This document shows, piece after piece, positions 48,863 to 60,217 of a stretch of 64,000 bases of DNA. The notes beneath the pieces were generated by a model that saw only the letters and a list, made by a program, of their open reading frames with translations, had not been told where the DNA came from and ran no database searches. The translations under genes were made by a program, and so were the position numbers. How positions within the stretch are numbered: the first letter of the stretch is position 1; each line of letters opens with the position of its first letter. Origin of the DNA: Vitrella brassicaformis CCMP3155 (Eukaryota > Protista > Chromerida); the NCBI GenBank assembly GCA_001179505.1, contig CDMY01000384.1:1-64000 (forward strand). Direction: 5' to 3'.

Positions 48863-50783
48863 ACCTCTTCTACGCCATTGAGTGAGCACCCTGCATCGTT
48901 GTGAGCCCTCCTGACGGCCCACTGCACACGCGAGATCTGTCATCTGTCCTCACCCCTCCCTGCCTCCCTCCCTCCCTCCCTCCCTCTGGCGGTGTGCTCG
49001 GCCGACCCACAGGATGCACACACGAGTGACACACAGGCAGGGCGGCTGCTGGCGGCACTGACTGACAGACAGACAGACATCGGTGTGCAGTCAGGTGAGC
49101 GACCAGCGAGTGACACACCGAGGTGGTGCATGGCGCTGTGATGACGGCTGGTGCTTGTCATCTGTCTGTGTGTGGTGTGCTGCAGATGTCGCGTCGTGTG
49201 GTGTGTGTGGTGCGGCGGTGGTTGGCGACAGTCCTGCACTCGAACAACTGGTACGCCGAGAGAGATGGGCACACGGACAGCAGGACGCAGGCAGGACTCA
49301 CACGCACGCACAGGTGTCTTGTCTGTCTGTCTGTCTCTGTGTGTGCAGGTGTGACTGACTGACTGAGTGGCTGATGACTCCGACGCGCTGATGGCGATGA
49401 TATGTGCGGAAGGAAAGAAAGATCGGCCGATGAGTCGACGGACATGTCAACTGAAGTGAACTGGACCTCTCACTATGTCGCGTTTGGGTCGTATGTGCGT
49501 GTCGATTTGTCTGGCTGCCGCTGTCATGTCTCCTTTGACTGGCACTTGTCGGCCGTCTGCTGCCATGAGTGTGTCGGCCGGTGAGTGGGGGGCGGGGAGA
49601 GATGACAGACAGACAGACAGACAGAGAGGGAGGGAGGGAGGGATGATTGGCTGGCTGGCTGCACATGAATCGCTGTGTGGTGTGGTGTGGCGGCTGCGGT
49701 CTGTCTGTGACGAGGCCACGTGTCACGTCTGCTCGCGAGAGTGCTTTGATCTCTCGTCGATGCATCCGTCACACACGGCCGGCTGACAGACAGACGGGCC
49801 GACACACACCCTGATCTCTTCGCCTGCGTGACTGTGTGAGAAAGGGAGAGAGAGATATGATCTTTTTCTGTTTCTGTATGCTTTCGTGTCCTCCCCTCTC
49901 CCTCTGTGGGCATCTTATCAGCCTGCCGGCCACCCTAGAGCATCAGCCCATGAAGGGTGTTGGTGCTTGAGGGTTGCCGGGCGGTGACAGAGATGCGCAA
50001 GGGGGGGCGGGCGAGGGGATGAATGGACACACACACGAGACTGCTTACCCGTCCCGCCAAATGAGGCAGCGGGTGGGTCCTGTTGCCGACCGTCCTGATG
50101 TCATGCTTCTACGCACACGCGCACACACGCATGGACCGATGGATGGATGTGTCCACGTGTTGTGTCTGAGTGCGAGTCGTTTGCGTGGGTGTGGGTGGAT
50201 TCGAGCTGTTGAGAGACGAGAGAGAGATGGGATACCGAGAGAGACGTCGATTTGGTTCTTGTGGTGTTGCCTGCGTGTGTCGGTGTGCTGACTGTGATCT
50301 TGTTTGTGACCACGAAACAAATTGATTGTTGATTATCACTCTGTGTGTGGTGGCCATCGACCGGCTGACAGACACACACACACATACACACACAAAGGGG
50401 TGGACAGGCCACTCGTCGGTGTGCAGACTATACCATTGGCAGGCCAATGGCCAAGTCATTAAGGACAACCCATGCGCTCAGGAGCCATTGCACTGCATCG
50501 GTCTCACATCAATAATAGTGCCTAAGCCGATCGCCGGCTGAGAAATGATCAATGACAGAGAGAGGAACGATGTCATCTGTGTCTGTGTGTGAGTGAGACA
50601 GACACACAGATCTAGCTAGAGAGAGACGTCGAATGCGTTTCTGTGCGCTCTTCTCGGCTGGCCGTACGTACGTGTGGCCGTCTTGAGAGGTTTGCTTGGG
50701 TTCGTTTCGGTGTGTCCGCGTCGGACAGGGAGTGAGGATACTGGCCCGACCGAAATAATAGCACAGCGCGACCAGCACAAGCA

Positions 50784-53203
50784 ATGCAACTCGCCGCAGC
50801 CTTGGCACTCAACCTGGCGGCGGCGGGAGTGCTCCTCCTCCTCCTCCTCCTCCTCCTCCTCCCTCTGTCGGTGCTGCCGTCTTGCCCTGTGGTGTCCGCC
50901 TCGCCACCTCTCGCCAGCCGTGCCCGCTTCTCATTTCCGTCCCCCTTCACCAAGGGCAAGCTGCTGAGGCGAGAGCTGCAGGACGGTGAGGAGGACGACT
51001 CAGAGGAGACTGGCAAGGAGGGCGCCACGCTGCAGCACCGGGTGGTGGGCCGCTTCGACGCCAAGAAGGCCCCGCCCAAGGACAAGCCGAAAGATGCGAA
51101 GAAGGAAGAGAGCAGCGTAAAGGAAGATAAGGAGGCTGAGGGTGATAAGGGTGATTACGAGCTGGACTATGGCGAGGACGGCTTCAAGGGTGCCGTGCCA
51201 GAGCTCAAGGGCGGACCCAAAGGTGAAGAAGCTGCGGACGGAAAGGAGGAGGCCAACACAGAATCGCCACCTGATGATAATAATGAGGGCGAAGCAACCA
51301 CGTCAACATCAACCACCACCACAAGCACGACCACCTCAACCACCACCACTACCACGACATCTACCACTAAAGCCCCCAGCAAAGAGGAGCGGCAGGAGGC
51401 CACAGAGTCACCCTCTGACAGTGACGAGGGATGGGAGGACAACTACATCGAGGAGCCCGCCGCCAGCGGCTTGCAGGGCAAGACAGATGCTGACGCAAGT
51501 GAAACGGATGGAGGGAAGGCAGAGAAACAGCAGAAGGGGGACCCACAGGACGGTCAGGAGAAGGAGACCACCAAGGAGTCCAAGCCCATCTCGATGGAGC
51601 AGGCGGTGAAGGCAAGGCTGCCTGCCAAGGATGAAAACCGGCAGAAAGAGGACAAGAAACAAGAGAACAAGGCGGCAACAGCAAGCAAGCAGGATGCCAC
51701 GGCAAGCACACCGGCAACATCTGCCACATTCTACTTCCGCAACAGCCTGACCAACGAGCGCATCCCGGTGCCGCTGCAGCCCGGCCGCACACGCAACCCC
51801 CTGCTCACACACCCATTCACCATCGAAATGGTCCTGGAACACCAGAGAGACGGAGCCAATGTGTCCGCCACACACGGCCTCCCCGCCCCAGCGGCCCAGG
51901 AGATCGCCGCCGTCGAGATGAGCCTCTTCATGGAGACCGCTGACAAGAGGCGGCTAGAGGAGGTCCATCTTCACTCACCCTCTGCGATGTCGCTGCGTGT
52001 GTCGTCTCTCGCCGACAACAAAGGTGATGTTACAGCTGTTGGCGAGACGCCCCTGCTGAGTGTGGAGCACCGCAAGGAGCCGTATGTGATGTGCAGCGAC
52101 GGGCAGAGGGGCTGCTGGGTGGGGGACTTCCCTGGCACTTATCGGGTGCGGGCCGTGTTCCGGAGTGTGCATGGCAACACCCTGCCGCCCGTCGAAGTGC
52201 TCATCGATGTGCCGAGTGAGCGGCGTGGGTGTTTGTATGTCAACAACCGTCATGTGTCCGGCTGTCTGTGTGCTTCTGCATCCTTCAGGGCTCGATCCCC
52301 GTGCTGCCGACTGCCTGGCAGTTGGCGGTGTGCCGAGCAAATCGCCGGCCGACGACAAGGATGCCGACAGGCTGGCGTGCTGCCCCGTTGCGTGTGGGAG
52401 ATGTGACGCTGCACCCGACACCGACGAGTGCGTCAGGACACCGGAGTGCTGCCCTTCTCGCGTTCTCGAGAGTGACCAAGCGACGGTGTGCAGAAGTGAA
52501 GACGGCAGCAAGGATGCAGCAGCGCCGCCATGCTTCACAGGCACGGGAGCATCCACATACACATCCACACACACACAATTGGACGGGTGGGCATGACAAC
52601 GCTCGTGTGCGTGTGGCTGCAGAGCCCTCATCGCGTCTCGGGGATCTGTATTTCGTCCATCCGGCGACCGGGCAACGCATCGGCCCGCCCCTCCTCCCGC
52701 CCCCACACATCAACCGGCAGCTCACATCGCCATTCAACATGGAGGTCCACACATGGCACGCCACCAAAGACGACAAGCCGTCCATCAAGATGGAGCTGGC
52801 GCGCATCGACGGACTCATCGGCCACGACGCCGCATACGCCGGCGCGCTGATGAACGTATCATTGCCGTATCTCGATGCCGGCAAGGACGGCGACATGTGG
52901 CCTACAAAAGCGAAGGAGCGGATGGCAAATGCGGTCGAGGCGGGGGCGGTGCTGTCACGTGTGGGCTCTGGGGCGCCGTTCACTCTGTGTCAAGCCAAAG
53001 ACGGTGGCAAGAGGGACGCACTGGGGGCGTGCGAGGTCCGTGCCGATGGAGACAAGAAGGGGAGCCAGCTGCCCGGGGGCATGTATCGGCTCACGGCCAC
53101 CATGCTGGACGAAAAGCAGCAGCCAGTCGGCCAGCAACAGACGGCCATCATACAACTGGAACGTGCGCAAGAGAAGCAAGAAAGAAACTCACACACCTTT
53201 GTT

Positions 53204-53234
<31 letters not shown>

Positions 53235-56200
53235 GTGTGCTTGCAGGCCCGTCCGCGTCTGAGGCGCAGTGCTTCGAGCACTTGGGTGTGCTTGACGTCG
53301 CATCCCAGGCCTGCTGTGCGTCCACATGCGGGGTGTGCCACACAGACGATAGTCAGCAGTGCAGTGACCGCTGGGGCGGAGCCGAGAGCTGCTGTGCCAA
53401 TAGGATCGTGGAGACCAGGACATTCTGCAGCCATGCCAAGGCGGCGCCGTGCATCGGTGGTAGCCTAGGCGCGGTGCGGGGCGCAGATCCATTTCGCACA
53501 TCCGTCATCGTCTCAATGCGTGTGTGGTTCAGATGCATCCTTGAGTCTCGGCGAGTTATCCCTGATCCGGCCGACAGTCACCACCGAGACGGCCACTACC
53601 GCCCCCTCTGCCCTCATACCCCTCAACGCCACCACTCAGCCACAAGCACAGCCATTCGATCTCACGTCCCTCATTGCTGACCTATCGACCACCACCGCCC
53701 AGCAGCCTGCAGGCCCCCTTCTCGCGGTCACTCAATCCTCAGCGGCTGATTTCAACTTCCACGTAACCATCAACGGCCTCCCGCGGCAGCATGACGGCTT
53801 GGTCGGCGTCAAATTCGATGTGCACCGGGTGGAAAAGGGCAAGAAGGAAAATGCCGCAGCGCTGTTCCTGACACGCGAGCAGAGAGAGCCTCCGTATGCT
53901 CTGTGCTCGTCGAGTGACGGGAGGGAGCGGCTGGTTTATCGGGGGTGTGGGTGGCCTGCGGGTCAGTACCGTGTGACGGCCCAGATGATGTCCCAGGGCA
54001 AGCCTCTCAAGTCGCCTGTGGAGGTCACTGTCAAGACAAAGGGTGAGAAGTGGGATGGATACACGAGACAGGGTGACTGCATGTCGATCTGTGTGCTCTG
54101 TGCATCCCTTTGAAGGTCCGTCTGCAGCGGCCAATGCGGTGGGCATGGACGGCGTCTCAACCTCCGCCGATTTCTCAACCTTCCTGTGCTCGCGCATCCG
54201 CGGCCACATGAGCGACGACAAGGACTATGCGACCAGCTGCTGCCCCGCATTCTGCTCAACCTGCGGCGCGTCACAATGCGCGAAAAGCGGCAGCGAGAAG
54301 CAGCGCCCATCGCCCCTCGACTGGGCCCGCCTGCCGTCCGTCCCCCCACACGCATTCGCCAACACCACCACACTGCTCACATATCTGAAAAGAGACCAAG
54401 AGGGAGGTGGTGTGGTGGATGGTGTGGTGGATGGGCAGCATCGCGATTCGCTGGTTGCGAGGCGTGCAAAAGGTATGGAGGCGGTTGATCGTGCTGAGGC
54501 GCTGGCAAGGCTGGAGAGGGAGGTGCGGGAGCGGCTGTGCTGCGCGTCGTTCGTGGCTGAGCATTTCGGGTCCTGTTGGGAGGGGGCCTCGCCGCACCCC
54601 CCATGTTTGGCGGACGAGCCAGAAGCCAAAACCTTCGCAAACAGCCAGGGTGAGCATTCCGACTCGTTGTCCTTCACGCTTGTCTGGACCTCTGTGCCTG
54701 GCCGTCCTTCAGTGGCTGTCAGCCCGTTGCTGACTTCCATTAGCTTCATCGATCCCATCCCCCCCGGCGCTGCCAAGCCCTCCACAGCCACGGCAAGCAA
54801 CGTGCCTCTCTACCTGCCGAACGAAGCAGCGTTCAATGACCAACCAGCAGATGCGTACGAGCTGATCCCGCCCCTCGCACCCCGCATCCACGGCACACCG
54901 AGACACCTGCCCGTCGCTTTCGCCACGCCCCAGCTCAAGAGCCCTTTCAATCTGCAGATCGGCCTCCACCCCGCCATTGACGAAGACACCTCCCACATCG
55001 GGTTCCACGTCATGGTCCGCCGCGGCAAGGAGGTGGTGTCGCAGCTCTGGGACTTCCGCGCCCCTTTCACGCTCTGTGAAGACATTGTGAGTGACGGCCA
55101 GGATATTGTCAAGGAGTTCTGCGGTTTCGAAGGTCGGCCTGGCAACTACACGATCGTTGCGCAGGCCTTCTGGCTGCAGGGGAGGGAGGGGGAGGGGAAG
55201 GGTGTGAAAGAGGAAACAGAGAGGGCGAGGCGGCTGCAGGGTCAGGACGACGCGCAGCTCGCAGCATGGCACGGGGCCACTGAGAAAGAGGTGTCCGCCA
55301 CATTCAATCGTAGACCGATCGGACCACCCATCACCATGAGCATCGACGTCCCCGGTGAGTCAGGCCTGCTAACGTCCGTCCAACCAACCCTGTCGGTCGA
55401 GTGACCTCCTTGTCTCTGTGTGCGTCTCTGTGTCTCAGAGAAGTCCCCCGCCGTGGAAGAGTGCTTCCGCTCACACGGCATCCTGCAGCCTTCCCCCACA
55501 CCACACTCCCCTTCTCTGGCCTGCTGCCCAGCCGAGTGTGGCCGGTGCGACAACGACGATGGCGAGTGTGCCGTCCGCGGCAGGGCCCTCTTCCTCGACC
55601 CACGTGCGTGCTGCCCCAATGAGATCCTCAAGGCGGCTGTCGGCATGAAGACCTACAAGAGTGACAGTGACGGCGAGACACGAATGCCAATAGGCGAGCC
55701 GTCGCCTCGGTGCGCGCTGCAGGGTGCAGCGCCGTGTGTGGCGGCCACGAGCGGGTTGAGTGTTGCGCTGCGGCGAGACATCTGCGAGAGCGCCCTCAAT
55801 GGGAACTTTAACGCTTTGCACAACACATGCTGCTCGGGGTCATGCGGCACATGTGCGGCAGACTCAATCTGCCACCTGCGACAGGGCGGGGCCGATGGCT
55901 GCTGCCCCCTCACCATCACAGACCAGCAGCAGTTGCCGTGCTCAGCCAAGGGAGCGGCGCCATGCCTTGTCGACGATGGGCCCTACCATTTCCCGTCCGC
56001 TGAGGTCCGCAGATGGGCATTTCGTCCGTCAGAACAACCAAGACGGTCCGCTCACGGCTGCAGCGTCGACACGCCAAGCCGGTGTGTGATCTACCAGGTG
56101 GTCACTGACCGCTTTGCGCTCTCGCCAGGCAGTGAATCGGACGATGTGTGTGCCGGGGAGGTGGAGAGCGAGTGTCAGGCCATGGCTGGCGGGGTCGGTG

Positions 56201-58657
56201 AGGTGGGTCATGGGTATAGGGGTCGGTACTGTGGCGGCAGCTTCAAGGGCATGGCGGCGAAGGTGGCCTACCTCCGAGACCTGCACGTCACGTCGCTGTG
56301 GATGTCCCCACTAATGCAGAACACCAAATGCACTTTCGACGGTAGGTATCCACTCACAGCGCACAGATGTGTCCATCTCGCTGGTCAGGTCATGCTGTGT
56401 CTTTCTCTCTCTGTGTGTGTGTGTGTCATGCAGGGTCCGCCCCGAGCAACTGGGAGCGCATCAACAGCCACTTCGGTACGTCAGCTGACCTGCAGTCGCT
56501 CGTCACGGCCGCCCACAGCCAGCACATCGGCCTGATACCCGAGGTGGTCGTCAACCACGTCGGCAGGGCGGGGCCGCACTGGGGCGACGTCGTGTCGTCC
56601 CAGCGGCCCGCATACGCCACCATTTACCCCTTCAACGCCACCCACTTCTACCGCCCCTTCGCAAAGTGCCACCCTGCCAGCGAGGTGGCCAGCACCTCCA
56701 AGCTCACATCACGCGAGCGCATCAGACGGCTGGAGCAGTGCTGGCTCAATAGCTACCCCGACCTCGATACGACCGACCCATTCGTGGAGGAGTATCTCTC
56801 ACAGTGGGCTCTTGACGTGGTGCTGCGGTACCAGTTCGACGGCGTTGCTGTGAGGGACATCGGACATGTCGACACGGCTTTCTGGGAGCGGTTCCTGCGG
56901 CACTTGTCCACCCCAACAGAGCGGGGGGCGAGGAAAATGTGGGCGATCGGCGAAGGCATGACCTTTCCCGATGAAGCGCTTGGCTCGAGGGCGTTGCAGC
57001 TGCAGCACCTGGCGGCTTACCAACACCGGCAGCAGGCCAGCATGTTTGATGGCGTGCTCAACTACCCCCTGACATGGGCGCTGCGAGAGGCCTTCGCGCC
57101 CGATGTGGTGAGACGCAAGTCGATGCACGGGGTGGCCGAGACCTTCGCCCTCATGAAGCAGCTCTACAGCGCTCCAGGTCGAGCGGTGAACTTCCTGGAG
57201 AGTGTGGACATGCCCCGGTTTCTGCACGGAACGCTCCCATGGGACATGGGGCGGAACGAGGCGCCAAGCCGGGACACGCTGTCGATGGACGCACCGTCTG
57301 TGCGGCAGTACCAGAATGCACTCACCATTGTGGGGGCTGCGGAGGGGGTCCCCATGTTCATCTACGGCACAGAACAGATCAAAATGGCTGACAAAGGTGC
57401 GTTGGCAAGGGGGGAAACACATTGACGGATAAATGTACGTGTGTGTGTGTGTGTGTAGATGAGCGTGCGCCACTCTGGCTGAGTGCGTATGACACGGCAG
57501 AGGGGTCGCTCTACGGCTTCCTGAAGACCCTCAGTGCCCTCCGCGTCAACGGGCATCTCGACGGGCCGCAGAGAGAGCTCCTGGTGACGGAGACAGGGAG
57601 GGAGGGGAAAGACCGCCCCAGCCCACCCACCCACCCAACCACATGTGTGTGTCGTGTGTCTTGTCTCAGGTGGAAGATGACGTATACGCCTTCAGCCGGG
57701 GCGACGGCGGCAGTGCCGGCACAGGCACATACGCCATCGTCGTCGCCACCAACATGGGCGTCGGCAAACACACGACCATCAAGATCCCCAAACGCGCCCT
57801 GCCCTCCTCGCTTGTCGACACTGATGCGGCAGAGCAGGGTCTGTGTGAGGCACTGATTCCTTTGGGCAACGCGGCTCACTGCTTTGGGCTGAGTGTGCGG
57901 TTGGAGGGCAAGGAGAAGTGTGTCGTGCCTAAGGGAGAGGGGGACGCTGCGCAGGTGGAGGAGATATATGACCCTGACACTTGCCTGGTCAGCAAGCCCA
58001 CACACACACACACACGACATATAGCCACCCACCGCTTGTGTGTTCCGTCTCTGTGCCACGCACAGGCGCAGGAGGGCTGCTGCTGGGTGCCCATGTCCGG
58101 CCAGCCGTCGTGCTTCAAAGCCAGAGAGGGAAACGGAGACAAAGGTGCCCTCACAGCACAGGCCCTGTCAGCGCCGTCACCGTCGAGTGACTGCCCGACG
58201 GACGCTCTGTTCGAGGAGAGGTGGCCGTGTGGCTCAATCCGCGACCAACACGCTTGCAGGGTAAGTGGGCACACAGACCATGTGAATGAGCACCGGCTGG
58301 GTAATCATCTGAGTGCGTGTCTGTCTCATGCAGGCTCAAGGGTGCTGCTGGGACCCCCAGCCCGACTCGTTAACGAGCCCGCCATGCTTCACCACATCAC
58401 CCCATTCTCCCCCCAGCCCCCACACACACGCATCAACGTCGGCGTCGTCTCTCCAGGCCGACACCACCCAGTCGCCCCCGCCGCCGCCGCAGCAGCTGAC
58501 CACAAGTGACTGCTACCCTGTGTCTGCCCCTGGGGGCGAGGAGGGCGATGGTTATGTGCACATTCCCATCCGTGGTGGGATGCCCCGGGTGCTGCTGCCC
58601 AGACACACGTACACGCCGTCAGCGGCAGTGCAGGTCCATGGCATCAGCGATGAATGA
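50784..58657 (+). CDS. Giant secreted modular protein: acidic/Thr-rich stalk, 4 beta-sandwich-like modules, 5 Cys-rich repeats, GH13 alpha-amylase-like domain, 2 trefoil-like domains
   Basis: Leu-rich signal/anchor. GH13 motifs IYQVVTDRF, YCGGSFKG, SLWMSP, EVVVNH, YPDLDT, FDG, IGE, LNYP, NFLESVD.PRF, GVPMFIYGTEQ, ERAPLW. Trefoil-like ERWPCG..../GCCW....PCF. Confidence 0.85.
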
Positions 58658-59077
58658 GGGGAGCTCGGCTGTGGCGCCCGATATATGGGTGGGTGATCTA
58701 GGTGCGGTGTGGTGTCTCTGTGCTGTTGCTGTCGGACGGAGTGCCTGTTGGTGTGTGTTGGTAGGTAGTTTGGTGGGATGGGGGGGGGCTGTCGTGTGCA
58801 TGCTGCTGGTCTGTCTCCATCAAAGCGTGCGTGTGTGTGTGCGTGTAGTAGTAGATTTTTGCTGACGTCTAAACGTCAGTCACTTTCTGACCGAAGAGAG
58901 TAGTGAACACTACACACCACACGCCAGTAGAAGCACATCCAACACACGTACACACACGCACTGGGCTGCTTTGCTTACATACAATTGGCCACAACACTGA
59001 CACATTTAATTACGACGCCAATTCGGTGCATGAGAGATTTGGTTTCGTTTGGTTTGGTTTGCCCGGGGTGTGTGAAT

Positions 59078-59109
<32 letters not shown>

Positions 59110-60217
59110 GGATGTAAGGAGACTTGATATGATGTAGTATGACAGTGGGAGTGTCCACATGCATATAAATGTGTGCAGGGTACGGTCGGTACACACAGAG
59201 GCGGGGAGAGAGCCACGACACGCACACACTTTGTGTCACCAGGCAGACAGACAGACAGATGCCATAGAGGTCTCGATAAGCTCAACCAGTGAGAGCCTCA
59301 GCGCCCTGTCCGTCGGCATTTCCTTGGTGTGGCAGCACCTGGCAACGCAAACCGATGAAGGCTCGCCGCGCCTCATCGACTGACATCGCCGGGCGCTCCC
59401 CGACCACGGAGTTGCCGACGTGATGGAGCGTCTTGTTGCAAGGGGAGAGAGAAGCGCACGCAAAAATCGACACAGGAAAGCAGCTACAGTAGAAGCTCAG
59501 ACCAGCTTGACAAATCAACAACTCATCCATCCATCCAGCCAGCCATCCAGCCATCGACTCATCGACTCAGGTCACTCAATCACTCATCCGCTCACGGAGA
59601 AACGCATACCTCTGCACATGAAGTGAAGGTCAGAAAGCGTATTGGCTGGCGAGGCGGGGACGCTCAGCCGTTTACTTTGCTGCGAAAAACGAGGCAAAGC
59701 AAAGAATGACAGAGACAGAACGGAGAAAGAAAGACACAAGAGCTGGCGCCGCCCAGCTGGCCAGTGATACGTGTGTGTATGCGTGTATGTGTGTATGCAC
59801 TATGTACACCTGCACCCACAGACAGGCATCCGCGTGTGAGCAGCAGTGTGCCGTGATGTCAGCCGGCTGTGGGCCACCGGCCTCTCGTCAGCTCATTCGC
59901 AGACAACGAGGGGGCGATCGCCAACATCGAGCCGACACCACGGCACGTACAGCCGCCCACCACGACCCACAGCAATACACCAAAAGCACCAGACAACCAT
60001 CGTCACACGTGTCGGGTCAGGCAGGACCTTCCTTAAGTCTTAAGTACCTGTGTTGTCACGCATACATGACAGACATCATGTGTATAAAGCGGCCCCATGC
60101 CCGCATCCACGCCACAACGAGAAACGACCGATGAAAGAAACGAATAAAACCCCACAACGACCGACCAACACACGAAGATCGCTTCACACAGCATCTATCC
60201 ATCCATTCATCCATCCA

